Shown here piece by piece: positions 21,255 through 31,320 of a stretch of 50,499 nt of DNA (its first letter is position 1; each line of letters starts with the position of its first letter). Origin of the DNA: Paraglaciecola arctica. Lineage in GTDB: Bacteria; Pseudomonadota; Gammaproteobacteria; Enterobacterales; Alteromonadaceae. The stretch is taken from positions 1 to 50,499 of the forward strand of contig QIJM01000245.1 in the NCBI GenBank assembly GCA_003232445.1, read 5' to 3'. The position numbers and the translations under genes are program-made. The notes under the pieces were generated by a model. That model saw nothing but the letters and a program-made list of their open reading frames with translations, had not been told where the DNA came from and made no database searches.

Positions 21255-23480
21255 ATGGACTCGTACAAATCGAACAATCAAATGTCTATAAGTGTTGAAC
21301 GTTTAGATGATGACACTTTAGACTTAGGCCAGTACTGGCGTATCTTAAAGAGATACAAAATCAGTGTTTTGTTGGTGGTTTTATTATTTACATTGCTCGG
21401 TGTATTCATTGCTATTAAGTCTGTGCCTATTTATCAGGCTACAGTCAAAATACAAGCTGATCCAATTCAACCCAGTGCTACCAATACCGATAGTTACATC
21501 ATGAACTCTATGGTATTTCTCTTCTATGAAACTCAGTACGAAATTATTCAGTCTCGAAACGTCTCTGAAACGGTCGTTGAAAAACTAGACTTGATTAATC
21601 GGTACAAAAAAGAATTAGCAGAGGATGAAATTTTACAGAAAAATTCAAGTTGGATTTCTGATTTGGCGTCGAGTTTAAAATCATCCCTTTCCAGTTCAGA
21701 TAATATTGAACCTATAGCGCCAACGGATGAACAGCTTAAAATTATTTTGGCAAATGGTATTCGAAGTCAACTTACGGTTGAGGGCGGGACTCAAAGCCAA
21801 ATCATCAATATTAGTTACGAATCTGATGACCCTGAATATGCTGCGGAAATTGTAAACGCGGTTTCAGAGGCTTATATATCCTTTGGGCTTGAGGCTAGGT
21901 TAGGGCAAATTAAAAATACTGCTAAGTGGTTAAGTGAACAATTAGAAGATCTTAAAACGACTCTTCAATCGTCTGAAGAAAACCTTCGAGAGTTTAGAAC
22001 CTCTGCAGGTCTTATGGACACTGACCAGCAGCAGAGAATCGCTAACACTCAGTTATCCAATCTAAACACAGAATTAGTGAGAGCTCAGACAAGCCTTTCT
22101 GAAGCCCAAGAAATGTATACCCAAGTGCAAAAACTCGACAAGTCAAAAGGTGATTATTTATCGCTAGGACCAGTCTTACAAAACCAAACAGTTCGTGATT
22201 TAGGCGGAGAGGAATCGGATCAATTACGGAGAGTGGAAGAATTAAATGAGAGATATGGTGATAAACACCCTAAAATGATCGCTGCGCGTTCTGACTTGAT
22301 TGGCGCAAAAAGTAATCTAAACCGTGAAGTAGATAAAATTGTTGAGAATATTTCCAAACAATATCGGCTTGCACAAGTTCAGGTAGATAATATTCGAGAC
22401 TTAATTACACGAACGAAAACTGAGCTGCAGTCTTTTCAAGGGAGCGGATTTGAACTAAGTCGGCTGGAGAGAGAAGTTGAGAACAACAGAAGGATCCATG
22501 AATCGTTTCTTGGACGACTAATGGAAGCAGATGTATCAGGTGACTATGATGCATCTAATATAAGAGTAATTGATAACGCTACTACACCCTCTTTTCCGGT
22601 TAGACCTAGGGTTGCGGTTATTTTAATTGTTTCAATGTTCTTAGGGCTTGTATTCGGTATTGTATTAGTTGTTCTCAGAGAGATGCTCGGTAATGTATTT
22701 CGCACACCTGATCAAATTGAAAATGATTTACACCTTCCATCACTCGGTATTACCCCTATGGTGAAAAAGGGTGAGAAATTCGTTATCCCCGAGATGCAAT
22801 ATATCCAAGATCAGCGTTCAACATTTGCTGAAGCTATCAACACAATACGTACAGGTTTATTGTTTTCAAATATTGATAATCCACCTCAAACGGTTTTAAT
22901 AACGTCAACGGTGGGTTCTGAGGGTAAAACCACTTTGGCGATTAACTTGGCCGTTGCTTTCAGCCAACTGGATAAGACACTTTTAATAGAATTGGATCTG
23001 CGTAAACCAGCGATTGGGAAAGACTTGTCTTTAAGTAATGCTATAGGGCTAGGTGATATATTGGCCGACTCTGGTGTTGACTCCAGCATTGTTTCACATA
23101 TCGATGGTGCACCAAACTTAAGTGTGATTACCTGTGGTCGTATTCCACCAAACCCAATGGAGTTACTTTCATCCAAGCGTTTTGCACACTTGCTTGAATC
23201 TTTGAAGGAGCGCTATACACATATAATAATTGATAGTCCTCCAACATTGCCTGTGAGCGACGCATGTGTGTTATCTAAATTGGCAGATACAACCGTCATT
23301 GCTGTTAAAGCTGAGGGTACTAAAATCAACATGGTAAAAGAAGCCGTAGCGCGTTTGCAAAAAGTGAATGCTAATATTAGTGGTGTTGTTTTAACGCAAG
23401 CATCACCCCAAAAAATGAGTTATTACGGTGAGCACTATTATCAGGAAGGATATTACGGTGTTGATCCGGTTAAAGGTTAA
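21255..23480 (+). CDS. Polysaccharide co-polymerase / tyrosine autokinase (Wzc-like)
   Basis: Two TM segments with coiled-coil periplasm, Walker A GSEGKT, DLRKP, IIDSPP, C-terminal Tyr cluster SYYGEHYYQEGYYG. Confidence 0.93.
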   Translation: MDSYKSNNQMSISVERLDDDTLDLGQYWRILKRYKISVLLVVLLFTLLGVFIAIKSVPIYQATVKIQADPIQPSATNTDSYIMNSMVFLFYETQYEIIQSRNVSETVVEKLDLINRYKKELAEDEILQKNSSWISDLASSLKSSLSSSDNIEPIAPTDEQLKIILANGIRSQLTVEGGTQSQIINISYESDDPEYAAEIVNAVSEAYISFGLEARLGQIKNTAKWLSEQLEDLKTTLQSSEENLREFRTSAGLMDTDQQQRIANTQLSNLNTELVRAQTSLSEAQEMYTQVQKLDKSKGDYLSLGPVLQNQTVRDLGGEESDQLRRVEELNERYGDKHPKMIAARSDLIGAKSNLNREVDKIVENISKQYRLAQVQVDNIRDLITRTKTELQSFQGSGFELSRLEREVENNRRIHESFLGRLMEADVSGDYDASNIRVIDNATTPSFPVRPRVAVILIVSMFLGLVFGIVLVVLREMLGNVFRTPDQIENDLHLPSLGITPMVKKGEKFVIPEMQYIQDQRSTFAEAINTIRTGLLFSNIDNPPQTVLITSTVGSEGKTTLAINLAVAFSQLDKTLLIELDLRKPAIGKDLSLSNAIGLGDILADSGVDSSIVSHIDGAPNLSVITCGRIPPNPMELLSSKRFAHLLESLKERYTHIIIDSPPTLPVSDACVLSKLADTTVIAVKAEGTKINMVKEAVARLQKVNANISGVVLTQASPQKMSYYGEHYYQEGYYGVDPVKG

Positions 23481-23501
23481 TTTGAGTTTTCACTTACTAT
23501 T

Positions 23502-24233
23502 ATGATCGATATCCACAGCCATATACTACCAGAAGTCGATGATGGGGCTCGCTCTGTCGAAGAGGCTCTAGAAATGCTTCGTATGGCCGTTGATAGTGGT
23601 GTCACTATCCAAGTATTGACACCCCATATTCATTTTGGTCGGTTTGAAAATAAGAAAGAGGATTTAGAACAAAAGTTCCAAATTTTCCAAGATAAGGCCG
23701 ATGCTGCGAACATTAAGATAGGCTTACAACTTGCTAGCGAGGTTCGCATTAGTAGCGAGATCATGCAGTTAGTTGCTCGCAACGATATTCCCACACTGGG
23801 TCAGAGTAACAACAAGAAATATTTTTTGTTAGAGTTTCCACGAATAGAGTTACCTGTTGGTTATGAGAATTTAGTTAAATGGCTGGTTAACAAACATTAT
23901 ATGCCTGTTATCGTGCATCCTGAGCGCAATCAAACGTTTGTTCGGCAACCTCAAAAGTTACAGGTTTTATTGGACATAGGGTGTCCATTGCAGATTACTG
24001 CTAGTAGTTTGGTTGGCCAATTCGGCGACGAAGCGAAGAATAACGCACAGAAACTTTTAATTGATGGTCACGTCAGCGCGATAGCTTCTGACTGTCATAA
24101 CCTTAAAGGAAGAAAGCCTAACTTAGATCTTGGTAGAAAACTTGCCGCTGGGTTGGTTGGTGAAGAATTAAGTCACCGCTACTGCTATGACATCCCATTT
24201 TTGCTCATAGGAGAAAATACTCATTCATGCTGA
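23502..24233 (+). CDS. PHP-family tyrosine phosphatase (CpsB/CapC type)
   Basis: MIDIHSHILPEVDDG, TPH, HPERN, ASDCH. Confidence 0.92.
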   Translation: MIDIHSHILPEVDDGARSVEEALEMLRMAVDSGVTIQVLTPHIHFGRFENKKEDLEQKFQIFQDKADAANIKIGLQLASEVRISSEIMQLVARNDIPTLGQSNNKKYFLLEFPRIELPVGYENLVKWLVNKHYMPVIVHPERNQTFVRQPQKLQVLLDIGCPLQITASSLVGQFGDEAKNNAQKLLIDGHVSAIASDCHNLKGRKPNLDLGRKLAAGLVGEELSHRYCYDIPFLLIGENTHSC

Positions 24234-24304
24234 TAGTCTTTGGGGTCGAGGCGTGAAAGTAGAACTGCTTTGCATCAATACGTGTCTAGGTTTATTGGAG
24301 TAGA

Positions 24305-25351
24305 ATGAATTCTTCACGCTCAAGGTTATTACTGAAGAATGCTTTAAAGGCCGCTTCTACATTCGATAAAAATAAAAGTGTTAACGGTTTTTTAGATGAA
24401 AATAGTAATATCGATTATATCAAAAATGCTAAAATAAGGCGGATAATTCCACTTATATACAAAAATTTTATAACCTTAAATCCCAAGCATAATAGTCTTA
24501 CAGCTTACTCTTCTTTTTTAAAGGAAACACACAGACTCTCTGTTATCAGTCAGACTCTAAAAATCCAGCTTTTGAAGCAAATAATAGATGCTTTCACACC
24601 ACATGATATCTCGATTATTTTATTAAAAGGTGTAGCGTTTAATTATCATATCTATCCAGTAGCATTTCCTAGGCTTTGTTCAGATATAGACATATTGATT
24701 AAGTATAAAGATAGAAAAAAAGCCAAAGAGATACTGTCTAAGTTTCTCACTCTATCAATACCAAATAAGCCAGCTAAGTTTGATAATCTTTACGAAGACT
24801 CTTTTTACCCGATGAACCCAAACTTACCTCATGTGGACGTACACTATTGTATTGTTCACCCTACGCTATTCAATATTGATGAACGTATATTGTGGCAAGA
24901 TAGCAAGCCTCATCCCTTTTTTGATGTTCAGGCGATACGGGTACTTAGTCCTGAGCACAATTTAATTCACCTAGCTTTACATAGCCTAAAAGACATCTCG
25001 TTTTTCAATTATTCATTGTTGGACGCTGCGGAATTAATTCACCAGCAATCCGCTGATGTGCAAAGGGCGTTTTCTCAAGCTAAAGCTTGGAATGCGTCTT
25101 ATGCATGTTATTTTTTACTTAGTTGTTACGATAAGGTATTTGATACATCAGTGATACAAAGCTTGCCTGCCAAAGAACAACCTAGCTATTTCCGACGTAA
25201 ATTAGGCGAAGGACTCATTGTTTTGTCTGAAAACACTGAGTTCCCAGAAAAAGGGGTCAAGCATCGCCTATTTCAACTGATGAGTCAGCTAATAATGACG
25301 AACTCTCTAAAGTTGACAATCCAACATTTCCTCAAGTTTCTGAGGGCGTAA
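24305..25351 (+). CDS. Nucleotidyltransferase family protein (NTP_transf_5-like)
   Basis: LLKGVAF, PRLCSDIDILI, VDVH, LSPEHNLIHLALH. Confidence 0.85.
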   Translation: MNSSRSRLLLKNALKAASTFDKNKSVNGFLDENSNIDYIKNAKIRRIIPLIYKNFITLNPKHNSLTAYSSFLKETHRLSVISQTLKIQLLKQIIDAFTPHDISIILLKGVAFNYHIYPVAFPRLCSDIDILIKYKDRKKAKEILSKFLTLSIPNKPAKFDNLYEDSFYPMNPNLPHVDVHYCIVHPTLFNIDERILWQDSKPHPFFDVQAIRVLSPEHNLIHLALHSLKDISFFNYSLLDAAELIHQQSADVQRAFSQAKAWNASYACYFLLSCYDKVFDTSVIQSLPAKEQPSYFRRKLGEGLIVLSENTEFPEKGVKHRLFQLMSQLIMTNSLKLTIQHFLKFLRA

Positions 25352-25359
25352 GCTAATTT

Positions 25360-26958
25360 TTATTCCCCGTTAAGTCTGAGGTTTAATTGTGCTTCAAATA
25401 ATGATGCAGGCTCTACAGGGGAACCAAAAGACTCGATAATAGATGTTTCAATATGCTTCATTTTAGGTAATGTTCCATGCCACCCAATAATTTTAGGTAG
25501 AAGTACCGTGTCGTTGCCCCACCAACTATGCGAGCTCACTTTTTTCTTACCTATGTCTCTAAAGTTCCACAACACTAAATTAGAAAGATGGTTTGGCTTT
25601 CGACTCTTGCCTCCTCCTGAACCTCCTGTTGAACCAGAAAACCCACCTGAAGAGTTATCGAATAATGTCGCGTGAGGATATCGGGCATGTGTATCAAAAC
25701 TGGTATCTTCTGGCCAACTGGTATTATGGAATACTGTCCCTGCAGCATAAGAACTAACGCTTAATGTGTGGTGCTGACCTCTTTTGGTTATGTCGTGTGA
25801 GTCGCTAACTAATACGCCAAAGCTACTGGTAATATGTATCCCAAAATGCCCTTTATTTCCCTCGATGGTCAGTTTTTCTGCGGTTATGGCATAACCTGCG
25901 TTAATGGTTAGTGCTTCGTTCCAATCTTTAAAACGCACATTTTTGACCCAGCTGTTGGCATATTTATCAATTTTTATAGCCGACCAGCCGCTGTCGTGGA
26001 TAGAATTTTTGTGATGAACAAATTCATCTTTCCAATTACCGACAAAAGCGATGTCCTCTATTCCAAGCATTTGTCCAAGTTCGACTTTCCTGATTTGCCA
26101 AACGAACGACGCGTCTATATCCATATGTAACGGTGCTTTAAGTGTTAACTGCCCCTGATTTATAGCGACTATTTGGTGATATTCTCTTAAAAACTCTCCA
26201 GCTTTGAAGCCTGTCCATTCTTCTTGAACTTTGTATGGGCCCAAGAAGCTATCGACACCAGCACTTTTGTCATTGAGATTAATTACGATAAAGTCTCCCA
26301 CACTAAGCTCAGAAGTATCTTCAACCGAAATCTTGAAGTCGCCTAACTGTGCATTTTTAGTTGCCGTGGTTACCGTGACTCCTTTGTAAAAAGATGGGTT
26401 GCCAATAAAGGTTACCATCTCTGGGGTGGTCCACATTTTTTGTGGTGTGTTCGTATTCAAGTGATATTTGAAATAAAGCTCTGTACCATTTTCCTCGCTG
26501 CCTTCACCTCTAAAAATAATATTATCTCTGTGCACGGTAATAAGACTTTTTGTTACCTTTTCCTTTTCACTTAACAGGTATCTACCCTTAGGAAAGTAAA
26601 TTATTGCACCCTCATCTTCTTTGGTTGCAGCTATTGCGTCCTGAATAGCCTGTAGGTCGCTATTGCCGTCATCGGGGGTTGCTCCATACTCCGTAACGTC
26701 GAACACTTTCCAGTCAGGTGAGGGGATCTGTTGTTCACTATTTTGATAACCAGCGTACGAAAAATCAGGTAGGGGAGGACGAGTGCCATTTTTTTTCGAA
26801 GTCACAAAGTCTTTCCAGACTATGGAGATATTAGGTTTCTTGTCTGCTAAGGTTTCAACCTTTGATGTATCTCTATTGCAACTCGTGCAACTCATATACC
26901 CAATTAGATAAGCGATACAGATTAACCAAAAAATATTAAACAGATATTTATTAGTCAT
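25360..26958 (-). CDS. Exported beta-helix polysaccharide lyase/hydrolase-like protein (DUF4955-like)
   Basis: N-terminal hydrophobic segment, LPDFSYAGY, FDVTEYGATPDDG..D..AIQ.AI, YFPKGRY (pectate_lyase_3-type start), PNHL.NLVLWNF. Confidence 0.72.
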   Translation of the reverse strand: MTNKYLFNIFWLICIAYLIGYMSCTSCNRDTSKVETLADKKPNISIVWKDFVTSKKNGTRPPLPDFSYAGYQNSEQQIPSPDWKVFDVTEYGATPDDGNSDLQAIQDAIAATKEDEGAIIYFPKGRYLLSEKEKVTKSLITVHRDNIIFRGEGSEENGTELYFKYHLNTNTPQKMWTTPEMVTFIGNPSFYKGVTVTTATKNAQLGDFKISVEDTSELSVGDFIVINLNDKSAGVDSFLGPYKVQEEWTGFKAGEFLREYHQIVAINQGQLTLKAPLHMDIDASFVWQIRKVELGQMLGIEDIAFVGNWKDEFVHHKNSIHDSGWSAIKIDKYANSWVKNVRFKDWNEALTINAGYAITAEKLTIEGNKGHFGIHITSSFGVLVSDSHDITKRGQHHTLSVSSYAAGTVFHNTSWPEDTSFDTHARYPHATLFDNSSGGFSGSTGGSGGGKSRKPNHLSNLVLWNFRDIGKKKVSSHSWWGNDTVLLPKIIGWHGTLPKMKHIETSIIESFGSPVEPASLFEAQLNLRLNGE

Positions 26959-26964
26959 ATATTG

Positions 26965-28023
26965 TTATGTGCTGGCGGCGGATGAGGGTTTGGAACTGGA
27001 ACGTCTTCTGAGTAAGCGCAACAAAGGTGACTCAACAAATGAGTATGCAATGCAACCCGCTACTACGGAAAAAATGAATATACTAAGATAGATTAAATTG
27101 GTGGGAAAAATGGTATCTAAGGATAGTTTTTTTCCTACAATGACAAGTACAGAAATTACAGCAGAGTGGACTAAGTAAATTGAGTAGGATGCATTACCAA
27201 GATATAGCCAGATTTTGTTGAATTTCATGTCTACATTTTGCTCAATACCGACCGCGCCCAATACCAAAAAAGAAAACGCGGGAGCGAGTAGTAAATGTAA
27301 ATATTCGTAATCCCGCACTAATTGTCCGATTGTGATTTTGAATTCAAAGAAGTAAATAGCCAACAGGAATAAGCCAACAAGCAAAGAAAGTAGGCTCGTT
27401 TTTATCGTCATTTTGTCTGTTAACTTGTAACAGACCATGCCAAATATGAAGTATACATTCCAGTACAACGCTATTCGACCCCACCATTGGTTTTCTGTAT
27501 TGAGAGGCAAAGCCATGACGATGATCCACCCTGTGAAAACGGCAACACCTAGTTTCTTATTAATTATGAATGCGATAAAAAGGCAATAAAACAGGATTTC
27601 GTGCAGTAAAGTCCACGCTACCTGCAAGGGAAGTTTTAAGTCGGTAGCGGGGGGGAACAATGTATAAGCGCTGAGTATCTTGTTAAATTCCCAAGAAAAA
27701 TCTGGGCTGCCTAATCCAAACCACGCTGCTGTTATGTAAAGCGTCAGAAATATCCAATAAACGGGGTATACTCTAATAAATCGTTTTCCTATGTAGCTTT
27801 TAATTGCATCAGGTTTGCCGATATCTTTCGAATGCGCCATTAATATTATGAAGCCACTTAATATGAAAAAGAAGTTAACACCCAAAAATCCATGAATCGC
27901 AATTGAAGAGAACGTTTCACTGTAAGCGAAACCTTTTTCCAAGGTGATAATGTGAGTGTGGTAAAGTGCCACGGCAATGGCGGCAATTCCCCGCATCATC
28001 TGCAAAGATTCAATTCTCTTCAT
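26965..28023 (-). CDS. Acyltransferase-3 family O-acyltransferase
   Basis: SLQMMRGIAA, GVNFFFILSGFII, RFIRVYP, WTLLHE, SYSIYLVH. Confidence 0.9.
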   Translation of the reverse strand: MKRIESLQMMRGIAAIAVALYHTHIITLEKGFAYSETFSSIAIHGFLGVNFFFILSGFIILMAHSKDIGKPDAIKSYIGKRFIRVYPVYWIFLTLYITAAWFGLGSPDFSWEFNKILSAYTLFPPATDLKLPLQVAWTLLHEILFYCLFIAFIINKKLGVAVFTGWIIVMALPLNTENQWWGRIALYWNVYFIFGMVCYKLTDKMTIKTSLLSLLVGLFLLAIYFFEFKITIGQLVRDYEYLHLLLAPAFSFLVLGAVGIEQNVDMKFNKIWLYLGNASYSIYLVHSAVISVLVIVGKKLSLDTIFPTNLIYLSIFIFSVVAGCIAYSFVESPLLRLLRRRSSSKPSSAAST

Positions 28024-28979
28024 GGTTTTTCTTTATTTCCAAACATCTTTATAACTTTCGTGGCAACCTTTTGATATGTAGCGACCGGAATAATTATTTG
28101 AGCAAATATGTTTAATGCCATGTAAGGAGAAAATGCGCCTCTAATAACCGACGGGAGGTAATACCTTAAGGCTGTTATGCGATCTTGATTAGAGGCAACT
28201 CTGGCGACTTGCCATCCTCTGTATCCAAAATAAGCTTTGGCGGAAATGTGCTTATCCTTCATGCTGTCTATCCAAGCTACTAGTGGTTTATGGTTCGCTT
28301 GTTTAGAAACTCTGTTTGGGTCAAACCGATCTTCCATTATTGTTAAAGCTTCAGGTAAAAATACCATATTTGCTCCTGCACTCCAGCAACGAAGAGCGAA
28401 GTCAGCATCTTGTGAGGAAGGTAATGCCTCGTTGAACAGAACTTGTTTGGCCAATAAACTGCTAAGTACTTGAGTTGAGGTTTGAGCCCAACCGTGAGTG
28501 CATAATAAGTAAGTATCGAAATGGCTAAAGTCTGAGGGGCCTTTTTGGGGTTTTACCCAATATTTATCCAATCCACGATCGACCTGTAATCTAGAAAAGC
28601 CAAAGTACGAAGCATTTTTTTCGGAGACCTTATTGATTGCTTGTAAGTGTTTTTCGAGTTTTTCGGGTACGAATCGATCGTCAGAGTCCAAGAATGCAAT
28701 GTAGTCTCCAGTGGCGTGTTCAATTCCATTGTTTCTGGCCTTGCTAGCTCCTGAATTATTCTGATGAATATACTTAAAGCGCGAGTCTTTTAGTTCGTTA
28801 ACAATACCTTTCAGTTCATTTGAGTTTTGCGAACCATCATCAATGACGATGCACTCATAATTATCATATGTTTGCTGCTTTACCGAGGCCAGCGCGTCTC
28901 TTAATGATTGCGTTCTGTTGTACACAGGGATAACGATGCTAAAAGTTATATTCTTTGTCTGCTTAGCTGTGCTTTGCAT
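28020..28979 (-). CDS. Glycosyltransferase family 2
   Basis: SIVIPVYNR, IDDGS, ARNNG, FLDSDD. Confidence 0.93.
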   Translation of the reverse strand: MQSTAKQTKNITFSIVIPVYNRTQSLRDALASVKQQTYDNYECIVIDDGSQNSNELKGIVNELKDSRFKYIHQNNSGASKARNNGIEHATGDYIAFLDSDDRFVPEKLEKHLQAINKVSEKNASYFGFSRLQVDRGLDKYWVKPQKGPSDFSHFDTYLLCTHGWAQTSTQVLSSLLAKQVLFNEALPSSQDADFALRCWSAGANMVFLPEALTIMEDRFDPNRVSKQANHKPLVAWIDSMKDKHISAKAYFGYRGWQVARVASNQDRITALRYYLPSVIRGAFSPYMALNIFAQIIIPVATYQKVATKVIKMFGNKEKP

Positions 28980-30185
28980 TTATCCTCCTCTTCTTTTCTT
29001 ATCAAAAACGCCTATCCCAAGTTCTCTGCTTTGTTGCAATAGTAATAACAAAGGTATGAGGCTTAAAGCTGCCACTTTGCCGCCATATATAAGACTTGTC
29101 GCACCTATCATAGTCGCTAACAAACTCATAAAAAAACCATATGACGGTGTTCCCATTCTTCTTGACAACACAATCCCAAATAATAATTGGAGCACTAAGA
29201 ACAAACTCAGTATCGACACGCCAACCAACCCAGTTTCGAAATAACTCATTATCCAAGTATTATGAGCATGCGGGGGACGATAATTACCAGTAAAAAAAAC
29301 GTCAAACTTTTTATCAGTAAACGAACCAAACCCATGCCCTAACAACTCGTTGTTCTTCGTTAATGCGAGAGTTCTCTCCCAAATTAGAATCCTGCCAGAG
29401 AGGGTGGAATCGGACGCCCCTCTGTCATAGGTTGCTGCTATATTTCCCTGAAATACAAATAGAAGAGATAGAGTAAGTCCCACTAAAAAAATACTAGATA
29501 ATCGTTTTTTTCCTTTTGAGTAAAACAATACAGCTATGCCAACACATATAACAGTGTACGCAAGCAAAGTTCTGGTTTGAGTGGCGAGCAAGGTAGCCAT
29601 AGAAAACCCGGCGATTATGTAAAAATTTAAGGCTGATTTGTATCGCTGCTTAACATCATTTTTTACCCAGCGAATAGCGCAAATTATTACCACCACCGCA
29701 GCAATAAAACCCAATTCAAATTCATGATAAAAAATACCACGCAATCTCCACATTCCCTTTTGTTGGAGCGCGAATGTTGGATTGATAATTAATGCTAGCC
29801 AGCTCGCCGTCATACAAAAAACGGCTATCCTCTGAAAAATATCGATGGTTTTCTCCGAGTCGTATTTGCACGCTCCGAGGATAAAAAATAGAGTGATCAA
29901 ATAGAGTAATGAATGCACGACGGTGCTGAACTTAGTCACTGACCAAAACACACTAGACAAACAAAAAAGAAAATAGATGACCATTAGTGCAACAAGCCAG
30001 AAAGAAAAAGACTTAAGCTTAAGTTGCCTAAAGTTGTTGATGGCTGGAATAGCAATAACCGCTAAAAGTGCAATCATAATAAGATAGGTAGACTTTAGCC
30101 CTGCAACATGGGGCAGTGATACTTCGAGAAATATCAAACTACTCAAAAGAAGAACCAAATATTTACTGTTGAGGACTAAGTTCAT
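28980..30185 (-). CDS. Wzy polymerase / O-antigen ligase family protein
   Basis: Multi-TM; RLRGIF, TQTRT, TLSGRILIW, GHGFG, HAHN. Confidence 0.85.
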   Translation of the reverse strand: MNLVLNSKYLVLLLSSLIFLEVSLPHVAGLKSTYLIMIALLAVIAIPAINNFRQLKLKSFSFWLVALMVIYFLFCLSSVFWSVTKFSTVVHSLLYLITLFFILGACKYDSEKTIDIFQRIAVFCMTASWLALIINPTFALQQKGMWRLRGIFYHEFELGFIAAVVVIICAIRWVKNDVKQRYKSALNFYIIAGFSMATLLATQTRTLLAYTVICVGIAVLFYSKGKKRLSSIFLVGLTLSLLFVFQGNIAATYDRGASDSTLSGRILIWERTLALTKNNELLGHGFGSFTDKKFDVFFTGNYRPPHAHNTWIMSYFETGLVGVSILSLFLVLQLLFGIVLSRRMGTPSYGFFMSLLATMIGATSLIYGGKVAALSLIPLLLLLQQSRELGIGVFDKKRRGG

Positions 30186-30203
30186 CCGATCAAATATCCA
30201 TAG

Positions 30204-31304
30204 TTAATTTGAAAACTGAAAAATGTGAGCAAACGTCTTATCCATCTCTTTGCCAAGAGCGTCAATATCGAGTGGTAAAGTATCAGTCAGGTTTTCGTAA
30301 CTCAGACGATGATTAAGCTGCAAGTCCTCCAGCAATAATATATCTTCATCTCGTTGCATATCTCGCCATATTCCTACAATCTTAGTATTGATTGCTTCTT
30401 GAAGCACGGGTCTGACACTGGCACCGCAGCGAGCCGCAATCAACAAACAATGTAGTCTATTAGAAAAAACAAGAGCTGCTTGTTGAAACTCTTTAAAGAA
30501 AGGTGAAAATTGATGCTGGTGCAGCACTAGCGAGCTGTTGGGTATTGTATTTACATATTTGTTAAAGCATTTTTCAGCAAAATTATCATCTCTTTTTACT
30601 TGAGACAGGAAGACAAATTTGGTCTCTTGGGGCGCTGACTTGATGACCTTAGCGACTACACTCTCTATGGCTTGGATGTCAATAGAGGTTTTATCTGTTC
30701 GAAAACTGAAAATAATATTAGTTCGATCTTCTTTAACCTCGTTATTGAATTTTATTGCTCCGTTGAAATGGTTAAATGCCATGTCAGGTATGACGCCTGA
30801 ATGTGGGACGCCAAGCTCCTTAAAGTAACGGCTCGTAATCAGATCTCTAGGGTAATGAAAGCTAAAAACTTTAGATTTTTGCATCAAAAGTTTTTTGTGC
30901 CTTACTCCTAAGTTGTCATACGACATGCCTACCTGACAAACCTTTACACCAACTATCTTCATTGCCCTCAGAAGTAAGTTGTATGCCGATCCCAATAAAT
31001 ATTTGTCGGGAGATTTTTCCCCTGAAAACCCTCCCGGGATCAAAAAGTAGTATGCTTGCCTGTTTAAAAATTTATCCCAAAACGGTGCAGCAATAGTCGT
31101 TAGAGTTGAGCCTAGGCCACGTTTAAATATTACGTTTTCTCCTAAGTGATGCTCGACACTTTGAATAAATTCCTCGGGACATCGGCTTACATCGACAATG
31201 ACTTTCGCATGTCTTGATAGCTGTTCTATCAGAGACATTATGATGAATGCGTCTCCAATATTTTCGTATTGTGTTTTAATGCTTAAGTAAGCTGTTGTGC
31301 TCAT
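30204..31304 (-). CDS. Polysaccharide pyruvyl transferase family protein
   Basis: ENIGD, RDLITS, PDMAF, SNRLHCLL. Confidence 0.8.
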   Translation of the reverse strand: MSTTAYLSIKTQYENIGDAFIIMSLIEQLSRHAKVIVDVSRCPEEFIQSVEHHLGENVIFKRGLGSTLTTIAAPFWDKFLNRQAYYFLIPGGFSGEKSPDKYLLGSAYNLLLRAMKIVGVKVCQVGMSYDNLGVRHKKLLMQKSKVFSFHYPRDLITSRYFKELGVPHSGVIPDMAFNHFNGAIKFNNEVKEDRTNIIFSFRTDKTSIDIQAIESVVAKVIKSAPQETKFVFLSQVKRDDNFAEKCFNKYVNTIPNSSLVLHQHQFSPFFKEFQQAALVFSNRLHCLLIAARCGASVRPVLQEAINTKIVGIWRDMQRDEDILLLEDLQLNHRLSYENLTDTLPLDIDALGKEMDKTFAHIFQFSN

Positions 31305-31320
31305 CTACAGACCTATTTAT

